DNA from: Nemertoderma westbladi
Lineage: Eukaryota; Animalia; Xenacoelomorpha
Reading direction: 5' to 3'
Length of the DNA stretch: 37,635 nucleotides
Assembly (NCBI GenBank): GCA_032718475.1
Contig: JAUCBJ010008948.1
Span: 1-37,635, forward strand
The translations under genes and the position numbers were made by a program. Of the stretch, positions 8,637 through 20,851 are shown one piece after another; position 1 is the first letter of the stretch, and each line of letters opens with the position of its first letter. Below the pieces are notes generated by a model. It had not been told where the DNA came from. It was given only the letters and a program-made list of their open reading frames with translations, and did no database searches.

Positions 8637-11600
8637 ATGTCTGATACTAAGCAGAACCTGTCAGACAGTTTATTAGATGTAACTATCTGCGACTCAGATA
8701 GAGACGTACAAACGTCTGGTCGTAAATCCAGTTCACCTCCCACTGTGAGGAAGGTCATCCCTCCAGTAGTAATAACAGAACCTAGGCTGGTCCAACATCG
8801 TAGGTCTATCATAGGCACTCGAGCTCAGGTCAAGCGGGACCAAAAGGCAGCGGAACAGCAACAACCCGCTAGTCAAGAACTTATTCCTCAGCGGCCCAGC
8901 AGCTCCAGTAGTGAGGATACTGTAGAGCTGACACCCGAGCGCGGAGCAGAGATGACGGATGCGGTTTATACGGATCCCCTTCTCATCCTTCCTGCAGCCG
9001 TGCTCGCTGGGTTATTGATCGCGGTGGAAGAACACCAGATCGATTGGGCGAGAAGTCAACGGTCAACTAGAGATAGCTACGCGGGATACACGAGTGAAGA
9101 ACTGAAGTCTATTGTCGAGTCGCAATGGAACTTCCCCGGACCCGGACTCCCGTTTGATTTATCAGAAGCTGCCTGGGAAGACATACACCGGATGGGAGTA
9201 GCCAAGGAAACCATCGATCCAGCTGTATGGAAGAGGTCCGCAGCCGGATACGCCCAGGGATTCTTCAGCTCTATGGAGCGAGTAGAGAGACAACTGTTTC
9301 AACAACCTCAAGGACCTCAAGAGCAGGGATCGCTGCTTTATCAAGTTAGAGAAAGAGTTTTGCGGATTAGGCTAATCTTATCCGCCTTTGAGGAGGCTTC
9401 TAAAAGAAAACAAGACACGTCGTTGCAAGTTGCCGTAAAAACTTGGTTTCAACGGGTGAGTCGCCAGGTTCAAGGAGCAGCTCAGTAGAAAGCTCAGTTG
9501 GAGGAGCGCTCAACCCATGGAGAATCGACGGACGCTATTTTTTCCCAAGTGGAAAGTGAAGCGACGGCAGAGAGACCGCATAAGAAGGATGCCATTGATA
9601 TCTATCTGTCAGACTATCAGCGTTTTTTGGGAGATGATGAGTTGAGGAGAAGGTTAGAGGGACTTAGCCCTAATAGCGAAGGAGCCAAACTCGTGTTAGA
9701 TGCGATTGATGTGGATAGGTTAGCGGCGAACCAAGCTAAATTCGATGAACAACTCCGCATCGCTAGAGAACAAGAAGAACAAGTAAAGAAAAAACGTATA
9801 GAAGACAGAAAAGCAGCGGCAGTAGCAGCAGCAGTGGCAGCTGCAGAAGCAGAAACAAAAGCGGCAGCGGCAGTGGCAGCAGCAGAGCCAAAGGCGGCAG
9901 TAGCAGCAGCAAAGGCAGCGGCCGAAGCGGAAGGACGCAAGCGGGAGGCAGTGGCAGAAGCCGAACGGAGAGCGACTGAAGAAACCACCCAATTAGAATT
10001 GGAAAACATTCAGGAGAATCAAGACTGCATAAATAAACTGTTAACAGCTAGTAATATGCAGATGATGAATCGATCTACTCCCAAACGACAGGGATATACA
10101 TCATCTGAGGAAGGCGATACCACCGACACTGAAGGCGGAAGAAATCGATCTCGTCTAAGCAGACGTAAAAGAACATTCCACCGGCAGAAATTGCCTGATT
10201 TGCCTCCAGCTGTTAGAAGGCAACTAAATAACACCAAAGTAGGTAGTACAGAACCCACAGACCAAATAATTACAATAGAGAGACTCCCTACTATAGTAGA
10301 TGAGCCTGAAATAATTAGGCCTGTTCCCGAAGCTACCCTTTCGGTCGTAGGGACGCCTGTACTCCCTGAACCTACTTCTCAATTCCCTTTGCACAGCACT
10401 AAGCTACCTGTGCCCAGCAGAACAGTCCATGAGACAGTGCATACCCTGGACTCCGAGCGAAATATTCCAGATTTGTCGCCCGTTGTCCCTCGTCCGCCCG
10501 CTACAACGTTGGCGACTCCCGCTTCGGCGGTCGAATGGGTGGACGAGAGACGACGGGGGATGGATCTCCTGCTCGGGCAGATGCAGGAGACTGTCCAACA
10601 ATTCAAGGGCACAGTAAGGGAAAGTAGGCTAGAGTTGCAAGAAGTGCAGCAAAGTATCGCGCTTGAACGCGATAAATTAGTAAACACCCAAAAGGGTATA
10701 CCACCACCCTCTGTAACAATGTGTCAACCCGTTAGGTCTGAAGTATCTCATGCGCAAGGTGTGGAGCCTACACGCATTTATACTGCTAGCGAAGTAGAAA
10801 CTCCTATAGTGAACCCTATTAAGGGTGATTATAAACCTGTTGATAATGATATTCCATATAGACCTGATCATAATCCGAGAAATTTAGATACCAATAATTC
10901 TATATTCAATAATACGATGGCTCAAGAAAGTTTTACGCGTCAAATGGCTAGAACCGAAGCCCGTCAAGCGGTAAAGGTTGGAGAGATTGTCAAGTTCAAT
11001 GGAGATGAGATGAAATGGTTACCTTTTAATGAATATTACAAAGATAACATACAGAACTCTGTACTATCTAACGGAGAGAAACTTAGATTCCTCATCGAAT
11101 GTTTGGAAGGACCTCCCAAGTCAATGGCGTTAAAATTTATTGGACATCCAGATGGATTAAGACAAGTTTGGGATACACTAAACATCAGGTATGGTAATAG
11201 GAATGACATAGCTGGGTATTTGTATGCAAAATTAATGGCGCCCCGAAAGTTTCTTAGCAGCGGGATTATAGAGTTTTCCGATGAGATTCAGGAGATCTGT
11301 AGACAATTAGATTGGCTAGGTAAGTCTCATGAACACCAGAATTCTATGGTTGTAAGAGCCTTAGCATCTGCTTTGCCCAAGGGTGGAGTAGGTACACGCT
11401 GGGATAAGAAGGTGTTATATATGATGGAACAACAACGACGAGACCCTACCATGACTGATCTCATGTCATTCTTAGATAGAGAAGTGAAATTACAGCTCCT
11501 AAGGCAGTCCAGAGAGAAGACATTGGAAAACAAGGTAAGTGAGAAACCCGTTTCTAGGAGAAGGGTAACACCAGTATGTTATACCGACGACGGTGAAAGC

Positions 11601-13574
11601 CAAACCTCTCAAGGAGAGGACAGCGGGAAAGACACTGACAGGCCTTATTATGTCAATAAAATGCCTAAAGAACAGGTAAGTAAATCCAAGTCTCGACCCA
11701 ATGACAGAAGGGAACCGGTACAAAAAACCCCTCCTACGTCTCCTAAAGGAATTCAGGTGAGAAAGCCCGAGGAAAGAACAAGTGTGCACCACATAGCACA
11801 GGTTAAAGTAAGTAACATCAAGCCGAAATGTGTGCTGTGCGACGGGCCCCACCGTTTAAATGCGTGTGATAAATTCCTGAGGAAATCACTCGAGGATAGA
11901 CGTGAAGTCATGTGGGATAAGCGGTTGTGTTATAATTGCCTCAGACGAGGACACCAACGGCGAACCTGTAACTCCGACGCAAGGTGTGCAAAGTGCGGCG
12001 CAAATCATCATATCTTGTTGCACACGGAATTCGAACGAAACAGCCCGAGTCAGGTAAGTGAGTCCGAACTACATGTCCAATTCAGTGATGTGAACGACAC
12101 TGATCAATCTGAGATGGAAGGATTCTATACGGACGAGTTCTCCGACCAAAACGAATCCTGTTACCTAATAAACACCACCGCAGTGTATCGAGCACTCGTA
12201 CACGTACATGAGAAAGACACAGACAGCGACCTTACCTTAACTACTTCCGATCAACAACCATCTTGGAAAGCGCCAACTTCCAATATAGGAATCCGAGAGT
12301 TTCCTGTGGTGCAGGTAAGGGTGCACGGACCTAAACGGAGTTATGTAGTGAACGCCCTCCTGGACTCCGGCAGCACAGGAACATTCATCGATAAAGAGCT
12401 AGCCGAAGATATATTTGCTGGACAACCCAAGTTCCAAACTAAGCTCAACATGTCAGGCATTATGCAAGTTTGGAAATCTACAATAACAGCTGATTATTAT
12501 GTAGGCGCGTTGTCCACCCCACAAGACGAACTAGGATAACATAGCATAAGGTCAGTGAAAATGGTGGCTATAAAGAACTTCGCTACTACTCAAGCAGACC
12601 TTTATAATTGGGACGAGGATGAGAGCATCCAACATCTTAACATACCTCGATTCCAGACTGATTACCCTGGAGTGCAAATACTCATCGGCCAAAACGCGCA
12701 TGAGGCGCTGGAGACATTAGAGAAACGGCCTGCTCAACCGCAGCCCCTACAGACCTATGCGGTAAGAACTAGAGTAGGTTGGTACCTTACTGGACCTTCC
12801 CGTAGAACGCTCAGGGAAAGACTGCTTCAAGATCGCGTCTGCCAGGTGAGTGAATGGGAAGATGATACTAGTGAGGGAGACGACCCAACTGAGGGAACAC
12901 CACACTCCTCAGATAATGACAATCTTAGCTCCAATGTAGATCAATGGAGATATTGCCCCAAGAAGTTTAATCCAACGGACATCGCTTCCAGAGGAGCAAC
13001 TCCTCAAGAACTGACAGATACTATAGACCGGTTAGGTGAACCCGACTTCCTGAGTAAGGAGAATGAATGGCCTCCCCATCTTACTCCGACTGAGATTAGA
13101 CCAGCCAAGGGAGCGGAGAAAGTCGAACCTGAAACCCGGACGGGTGGATCGGAGTTATTTGAACCCGGGATAGATCTGTCGGTATTACATGTTGCCAGGG
13201 ACGACGCCGTGGATCTGGGCCTCCCCTCCGCGAGTGGATCCTTCATGAAGATCAGAGAGAGCGATTGGAGCTCTGGAACATCAGACGTCTCGCAGGGACT
13301 CTCACCTCTCCTGCAGAGAGCGACGGACCACTATAGCTCCTGGAATCGGCTTTGTGACGCCGTCATATACTTTGAGCGATGTTTCTATCGTCACTATTCC
13401 AGGACGAAGAGGAAACCTGGAATTGTATTCAGGATGCAGCAACTCAATCACCCAGTCGGTCGTTTGTGTTTATCGGAAGGGAATGGAGGACTCTCCGGAA
13501 ACTGTGGAAGGCAAGATTCTCTTCCCACGACCACCTCCCTAATCCTTCAAACATCTAGGGACTCCATAACGTAA
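8637..13574 (+). pseudogene. BEL/Pao Gag-protease polyprotein with RT deleted, RNase H C-terminal remnant, and two in-frame stops (9486-9488, 12537-12539)
   Basis: ORFs 8637-9488, 9498-12539 and 12555-13574 share one frame. Motifs: KFNGDEMKW..EKLRFLIECLEG..LNIRYGN (DUF1759-like); CVLCDGPHRLNAC..CYNCLRRGHQRRTC..CAKCGANHHILLH; ALLDSGSTGTFI; ILIG..AVRTRVGWYLTGP; then almost directly QWRYCPKKFNPTDIASRG and YSSWNRL. No YVDD. Confidence 0.9.
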
Positions 13575-14096
13575 CAACATATGGAGTGGGTGTGTGACTC
13601 TATTATTTTATATTATTTTATTATTTTTATATTTATGTATGTATTACTATGTAATTCTATTATAATCGTTTTCTTTAATTTTATTCAGTAGAATGTTATT
13701 TTAGCGATTATTTAGTAGATTAGTGCAATATATATTCGCGTTTATTACTTAATTACGTATATATTATATTTAATGCGACGGCAAGAAATAATTCTTTTCC
13801 TTCTTCCTTACTGTCCGTATTACATTACAAATACGTAACTACAGTAAGATGAAATGTCCGTACTTATTAAAGTACAATAAAGCCACTACTATATTCAAGT
13901 ATTATTGGTAGGCAGAGTATTAGGAATGCAAAGTTCAGATCCTCGTGTCTCGGCTAAACCAAGCTCTGGGTAGACCTTGGAAACGACTTGCCTCTTCACA
14001 CTGACATTGCTTCGTGCGATATTGCTCTCATACCGTATATTAAATAATACATATAGTAGCGTGATGTCCCTTTAACAGTAGCGTATAACGCAAAAT

Positions 14097-14410
14097 AAAT
14101 CTGTTAAACCCTTTGACCATCTGTAATTCTAGTCGATTAAGATATCGCGGCACCCACCGATATACTTGAAAGACAAATTCTAGAATCAGTGGTTAACGTC
14201 CCCAGACAAGTTCTGGAATAAATCGGTGCCCATCTCAAATATTAATTATTTAATATTTGCAAATCTAATAAATCAAAATCTGTAAAATTCAGATCCTTCA
14301 GCAATTCTAGTCAATTAAGATATCGTAGCATTTACCGATATTCTTAAAAAGACAATTGTCATAGAATTAAGGATCTTGTGTCCCCAGACATATTCTAGAA
14401 TCAAAATATG
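14097..14410. repeat. Diverged ~180-bp tandem duplication in the BEL internal non-coding region
   Basis: AAATCTGT..AATTCTAGTC(G/A)ATTAAGATATCG..ACCGATAT..AAAGACAA..GTCCCCAGACA occurs twice. Confidence 0.8.
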
Positions 14411-15229
14411 TCAATTTAATTATCAAATAATAAAATTTCAGGGAATAAATTTAAATTCATGCCTTTTAATGAATTTAATAAATTGCCATTTTTACGCAAT
14501 TTATAACATTCCCAAAATTCCATTAATTAATAGATCAAGGGAGCGGAGATTTATCTTATTATGTGTATGAGTGTGCGAAAGTCTCCCAAACATAGTCAAT
14601 AGCCGATAAAATTCATAAAGTCATGTATAAAACAGAACATTGACTATTAAAGAATACTATTAAATAACATCCCAGATCTGTATGCATTGGAATTGCTCTA
14701 ATTCTACCGCTAGCTTTGCATAATGTCACCATAGCAACAACCACGCTAGAATTAGAATTGAGTTAAAAGAACAATGGAAAGCTTGTCCCATTGAATAGCA
14801 TAGGGAATAAATAGTGCACTGATAGTATCCAAGGATACATAATAATACAGTGACATTCTGGAAGGCATTGACTAACGGACAAGTGACCCGAGTGTGTGTA
14901 ATTTGTGACAAGTTGTGTGTGTGGTACTTGTGAGTTTATAGGCGAATGTTACTACTAAGGTGTGTTTACAGTAGCTAGTCGCAATCGTAAAAGTAACCTA
15001 ACTCTCCAAGGAAAACCTGAAGTACATCTAAGCCTTTGGGACGGACAGTCGAGTGACTTGTGCCGGTTGTCGTTGTCGTTGTGCGGCTACGTCGTTGGCG
15101 AAAGTACAGCGGCGACGACACATCGGCGCTGAGGATCTCGTACTGTCCGGGGGTTAATTGGAGTAGGCAGCGACGCTCGCTAGCCTGAATATAAACTCAT
15201 TATAATATGGATAAACTCATATAGCAGAT

Positions 15230-15930
15230 ATGGTTGAGTTGATAGAAGATGATCTTGGTATCGGGGAGCGATATACTCTACTTTTGCAAGCGTTTGTTGA
15301 TAGCTTAATACGCGGTGACGTTAGTCTAACTGCTGCGGAGGACGATGGTCGTTATATCGAACCGACAATGTCCCAAGTGCAGCTCTCGCGAGAGTTGGAC
15401 TATAGAAAATTCGCTGCTCGCTACACGCATTGTAATGGTATGTATATGGACTTCTTAACCATTGACCATTCTATCGATTTACACAATACGGACTATGTCG
15501 ACTATATATCCTGCCCAGCGGAGTCTGAACCATAAACTGAAATTCGAATGCGAAAATTCTATTCGAAATCGGCTCGAAAGAAAAGACATTAAAGAAACAA
15601 ATAAACGCGGTAACTCCAACATATATTTGGAATTCTTGATAGAATCATTGTAACTACAAATAAATATCATCCGCGTTTCCCCTACCAGACGTGCGTCTTG
15701 GGTATTATTACGGTAAATGCCCTAGACCCAGCCAATAAACGGAAAGACATAAACATCCACGGAAACGTTGTGTTAAATACAGTTGTGTTCGTTATATTTA
15801 CTGGAGTTTCGAGCGAAACTTGTTTGACGTATCACCTATGCTCACTCGGCTCTAACGATCCTAGAGTAAACCTACGATCAGAGTCCCGGAATACTCGGTC
15901 AAACCTCCTCATTCCTTAGTTGGACCTCAG
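15230..15930 (+). pseudogene. Possible heavily eroded BEL integrase relic
   Basis: One frame with stops (ORFs 15230-15535 and 15698-15919 are co-framed). EDDGR..QLSRE, EIRMRKFY..AR and VIFTG..SLGSNDPRVNLR..I..D are spaced like BEL DxDG, LRxxYW..GR and IFTC..SLxTDxFxxALRRF..IxSD. The position before the PPT fits. Weak, by-eye similarity. Confidence 0.4.
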
Positions 15931-16633
15931 ACCTGCGATCCTGGTGGTGTCGCGGATCCTCGCGGACGGTATTCACTGTTCAAAGATCTAGTGCTACTCT
16001 AACAATTAATCGGTAACACTCCGACAGTGATTTCTAGCTAGCCGCCCATCTTACCTAGCCGGATTGTGACGCGGACACCTAATATCACTATCCAACCGTA
16101 TGGTCGTCCCCGTTTAACGCGATACAACCCCTCATCAAGGTGAAGGAGAGCTTTGTACGAAACGAGTTAAACGCTATTCTATAAAGATCAAAAGAGAAAC
16201 CTGCGTTTGTTCAGATAAACGTAAGTTATAACAGTAAGTCCAGTCGATAAACGAATTGGCCTTATCTCAATTCGATTGGGAAATCCAGAATCTCTAAGAA
16301 GTTATTGAACTTGGACGATCCTATTCTCTGCGAGAGTTTTTGGATGAACGTATCCAGCTACGAGCGGAGGAAAATCAGCTCGAGGAGAAGCATATCGAAA
16401 CGGCAGATACCTCGACCATAAACCTACACCTTCTGATGCAATCATATTGCACCCTTCACCCAGGAGTTATGGCCCTCCTAGTAAAGTGGCTCCCCCCAAA
16501 GAGAAAAAGACTCTTGCTAGCCTCAAAAAACTGCGTAAACGCCGTCTGCGTAAGAAAGACTAACTGTTTAGAGTATCTTTATATTTTAGAAACTGTGATT
16601 TTGTATATTTTATAGACTTAAATCCCATTTTCT

Positions 16634-16641
16634 GGGAGCGG
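16634..16641 (+). other. BEL polypurine tract
   Basis: GGGAGCGG directly precedes the TG of the 3' LTR. Confidence 0.75.
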
Positions 16642-17848
16642 TGTAAAAGCTTTTGCTGAATTGTCCGGTTATTTTTCCTTATTTTTCCCGTAAAATACTC
16701 TGTAGTTGGTTTACCAGGCATAAAAAGGCCGTGTCCTTGCTGTACTGGTGTTTTAGCGGACATAAAAGCTATTTCTTCTGTATTTGTACTTTAGAGGACA
16801 TAATCCGTAATTCCGTGACGTAAAAGCTCGATACTCTTGAAAACAGTGTCGCTACCATGACGACGGCTAGCAGCTGATATTGCCACGTCGACGTTTCTTT
16901 GTTTCTCTGTTCTCTCGTTGTTCAGGTTGACCAATCAGAGCGTTTGTTATCTCTGTGTTGGAGGTATATACAGAAACTCAGTAGTTCAGTGTTATGTTTT
17001 TGCCCAGAGCCTAAGAACCGGCTTTGGCACCTCCGTGTTTTCAGTTTTTAGTCTTACACTAGTAGGTTTAATTATAAAGGGCATATATCCTTTAACTCAT
17101 GGAATCACTGCTAACTGATCATACATACTGACTGCTGAAACATTGCAAACTCATAACAATCAGTGTTTTCATTGTTGTTTTATACTGCTATTTACTGTCA
17201 GTTCTTCATAATATGGTTGATGAATTATTATATTTGGAATAACGATAAATAACCCCGAAACCCAATATTCTTGATATACCGAAGGTAAGAGAGAAGGGTT
17301 ACAGATAAACGATTGTGACTTATGTTAAAGTGGTTTGAAGTGAATCTAATGTTATTTGATAGACCCTACATGAGTCAGTCTGTGTTCCTTTTATATGTGA
17401 CTAAAATCAGTGAAGATTGGCAGATTAGTGTGCAGTATTGTGCAGCATTGTGTATGAGTGAGTCTGTTAAAGAAGCAATTCCTAAAGAATGCGCCATATA
17501 TGTGAATTATAATTAAGCCATATCGTTGTGAGTAGTTTAAGTCATAACTCTGTTTATATAGATAAAGCGCCACGTCCTAAAGGAACTGTTAATATTACCG
17601 AAGGTGAATAATATTGTCAGAGATTATATAGTACTGTCAGTCGAATAATACATTAGGCTTACATAGCAATAAAATTAAACCGTCGAACCCAATCTCCCGG
17701 GAATATCCAGCGGGTGAATGATCGCGCACAGATTGGTTTCGACTAGTGTAGTGAATCAAATACTTGTCATAGACTAAAAACCGATTTAATATCTAGAAGA
17801 CATCTTAATTTGGTGGGTTAAACTGCCAAAGGTCTGAAAGCGCGAACA
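16642..17848 (+). repeat. BEL/Pao 3' LTR (1207 bp)
   Basis: Direct repeat of 5260-6466, followed by TSD CATCC. Confidence 0.96.
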
Positions 17849-18092
17849 CATCCTTTATATAGCAACGCAATTCCGGATCAATAGCTAGTGCAATAGTTGT
17901 GCGTGCGCGAGTTTTCCTTCGCATAAACGCAGCTCTACCAGCTCCTTCCGGTGGAGTAGGATCTCCAATGACAAACTCCCACAAATCGTGATGTTCCAAT
18001 GTAAGCTGCATTGTGTAACGCCATTCACGATAGTTTTCGGACCGCAGTTTCTCGATTTTCTCTATCTTTAAACCGCCAATATCATCCGCCAT
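17849..18092 (-). CDS. Copia Gag N-terminus (81 codons), cut off by the BEL insertion
   Basis: MADD..IEKLRSENYREWRYTMQLTLEHHDLWEFV..ARTTIALAID..YIKD. Removing the BEL element and one TSD joins it in frame to ATTAKETWDAL, giving an intact 1398-aa ORF. Confidence 0.93.
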
Positions 18093-18325
18093 TTCAGTAA
18101 ACTATCTGTGTGCAATTAATTATATCAGCAACAAAGGAGTAAACAATATCGATTTGTTAAATTTCAGTCACTGATCCTTTCCCACTACTGCTACCGCTTG
18201 CCGGTACCGGTAACCACGATAATTAGCGATTTTAGTATTTGCAAAGTTTCCTTGCATACTGGTACTCATTACAATTCATTACAATTAACAGTACCATACA
18301 GCCATAGCATCTGACTGCCTGTTAC

Positions 18326-18339
18326 CTGGGCCCATAACC
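18326..18339 (-). other. Copia primer-binding site (half-tRNA-iMet type)
   Basis: GGTTATGGGCCCAG directly after the 5' LTR; same as the Drosophila copia PBS, which pairs with an internal fragment of initiator tRNA-Met. Confidence 0.9.
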
Positions 18340-18605
18340 TGTTAGAAGTTGAAGTGTATATATCGAATATCATTATAATATATTAGGCCTACTAGCCAAA
18401 CATGACTGCAGATATATAAACCTAGCGCAGTACAGCAGTACTTCTGACAGTCATTGTAGATGCTCAGTACCGGTTGCCGGTAGCACAATGATAAACTAGA
18501 ATGTAATACAACTAGAGTATTTAAATTTCCCGCCACACCCTTAAGATACTGATCATCGCATAATATATTGTCATACAGTTTAAAGGTAAGTTACAGTTTC
18601 TAACA
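18340..18605 (-). repeat. Copia 5' LTR (266 bp)
   Basis: Matches 996-1261; flanked by the PBS and TSD GAATA. Confidence 0.97.
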
Positions 18606-18789
18606 GAATATACATAATATATATATATGTACGCTTGAAGTATGAATATTTTAATATTATTTAATTACATATCAAAAAAACATTAACTCTAATCTCTCTC
18701 TCTATTCTATAAATCAAAACTTTCCCAACTAAAGTATAAGAAGGCCATTAGGACTTCTTGCTGTAAAAGTATTCTGTATGTATCTTTGT

Positions 18790-18890
18790 TAGTGTTTAAA
18801 CAGGATCCCGATTCCGTTCCCGAAAAATCGGGAACCCAGGGAAAAATACAAACCCGGTCCCGATCCCAAATTTTTTGGAAAGGAATTCGA
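18790..18890. mobile_element. Possible terminus of a non-autonomous DNA transposon/MITE
   Basis: GC-rich island of TCCCG/CGGGA motifs with hairpin GTTCCCGA-AAAA-TCGGGAAC; no partner end found. Confidence 0.3.
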
Positions 18891-19299
18891 AGTATATTAT
18901 TGTTAAATACATTTCTTGAATATCTGATAAATAGTTGCAGCAGAACAGAAATGTTTTGATTATATCGAATTTTTATGTCAGTAAACCATCTAGTAATCAA
19001 TTGCAAAATAATTTTAATATAACTTTATCTTACTAATATTTCAGAAGTGTAAGATAAATTTGATTTGATAAATTTGAAGCCTTAGCAATAAATTACCCAA
19101 AGGTGAGTGAAGGTAATGGAGAATAACACACTTATTACCCTATTGTTAGAGTTATTTTCCCGGTTATTTAACCCTTGGGCAGGAACACCCGCGCGCATGC
19201 ATACTGCCGCCACTAGTATGTCTCTGTTAGTTGAAACAAAATTGGAACATAATTGAAACAAATTAGTAGCCACGTAATGGTGTCCCTACCTACAATGCT

Positions 19300-19497
19300 A
19301 AGTATGCCAGTGAAACAAATTAGCAGGGCCATAATGCAGTAATGATAGTCTTCTGGAGAATTGGAACAATGATGGGCTACGGAGCTTAATAAATTGGAAC
19401 AATGTAAAGTATGCCAGTGAAACAAATTTGAAACTAATTAGGAGGTCCATAATGATAGCCTACTGGAAGAATTGGAACACTGATGGACTATGGAGCT
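19300..19497. repeat. Diverged ~107-bp direct duplication
   Basis: AAGTATGCCAGTGAAACAAATT..AATGATAG..GAATTGGAACA.TGATGG.CTA.GGAGC occurs twice. Confidence 0.75.
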
Positions 19498-20004
19498 GCC
19501 TGGGTTGTTTGGCTGAGCGAGTGTTGGCATGTAAGAAAACGGGGAAGGATCTAAAAATATCACCCAATAGGACGCTTCTAGCATTGCTACCGGTACCTTG
19601 CTTGGCCTCTAGCCTGGGATAACCCTTATTTTCGCTTGCGAATATAGGTAATGTTTTAAAGATCTGGTGTGTAAAACGCGTTTTTGTGCAGTGGTAATAT
19701 AATGTTTACGATATTATCAAAACGAGTTCTGCACTAATTATCTCACATTTATTTAATAATATATGGTAAAAAAGCAACCAACCTATTAATTACAATATTT
19801 ACAATAATTTTCGAATGTTCTATGATGTAAATACTTAGCATTATTTTATAGGAAACGATTATTAAAAAACGTTTCTTGTAAAATAAAACAAGACATACAT
19901 AACATTTTGGCGAAAACTGCCCCTGCATTCCGTTTTTGCAAATTTTGTGGTACGGCTTGATTGCTCCGAGGATGCTTGCTGTAGAGTCTGAATAAAGTAG
20001 ATAA

Positions 20005-20305
20005 AGAAGGGGTGGGTGTGTTTGTTAGATTCGGCCGGTGGTTGTGGGTAACTAGGGTTTGGGAGGGAGGGGTGGGTAGGGAGGGGTATGTGAGTGCAGG
20101 TAAGTAGGTGTGTAGGGGGGTAGGGGAGGTTGGGTGCGGTTAAGTAGACATGCTTAGGTTGGTTTGTGGGTGCGGTTAAGTAGATGTGCTTAAGTGGGTG
20201 GGTGGGTGCGGTTAAGTAGATGTGCTTGGGTAGATGTGTGGGTCGGTTAAGTAGGTGTGCTTAAGTGGGAGGATGGGTGCAGTTAAGGAAACGTGCTTAG
20301 GTAGG
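20005..20305. repeat. G-rich 36-bp minisatellite
   Basis: GGTTAAGTAG at 20138, 20174, 20210 and 20245, with degenerate flanking units. Confidence 0.85.
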
Positions 20306-20851
20306 AATGACAGAAATTGACAGAAATTGCAGCTAGGACCTCAGCAATTTGGTTTGTATCTGAACCGGTACTAGTCCCATCAACATTGGCGTTGAGATGG
20401 GGTGAGGCAGTACGAGAGCTCGATTGCTTACGTTTGTCTTTTGCAGATTTGTGATGGAAGATGGTTGAAATATAATGGATAAATTTAGATTTCTTATCAA
20501 GAGACTGGATACGGTTTGTAGGAAGAATCTGTCTCATTTATGTTTACGATTATAATAAAATAGTTATAATAATAAAATACATAAATTATTGGCAGTTAGG
20601 CCTATAATGTTCACTCACTACACACTTTGCCGGTACATTATAGTTCTTAACATCTACTGATAGCAGAGTTCAATAGATATGCAGGTGTTGTTTTGAATTA
20701 TTATAGTTATAATATACAGCAAGTTTGCAGTTTAGTTAATGCACTATTATTATTAAACAATACCTATACTGCCTGATAGTGTATTAGTTGTGTTTTTCTT
20801 GTCCTGTCTTTTTCAACATTTGATCAGAAATAGCTACCTCTACGAAATCAA

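Larger units (their letters stand above)
5260..17848 (+). mobile_element. Non-autonomous BEL/Pao LTR retrotransposon inserted in Copia gag
   Basis: 1207-bp TG...CA LTRs; 5-bp TSD CATCC at 5255-5259 and 17849-17853; BEL-type Gag with triple Cys/His knuckle and a DSG protease. Confidence 0.95.
996..18605 (-). mobile_element. Full-length Ty1/Copia LTR retrotransposon, interrupted by a nested BEL/Pao element
   Basis: Two 266-bp TG...CA LTRs; 5-bp TSD GAATA at 991-995 and 18606-18610; PBS, PPT and Gag-PR-IN-RT-RH domain order on the minus strand. Confidence 0.97.

Noticed and set aside
9617-10009. Ala-rich and Cys-rich minus-strand ORFs (metallothionein-like look)
   Set aside because: Antisense shadows of the GCA/GCG-rich Ala repeat in BEL gag.
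996-18605. Apparent age paradox: host Copia LTRs identical while nested BEL LTRs differ at ~6 sites
   Set aside because: At ~0.5% divergence only ~1.3 differences are expected in 266 bp, so zero is unremarkable.
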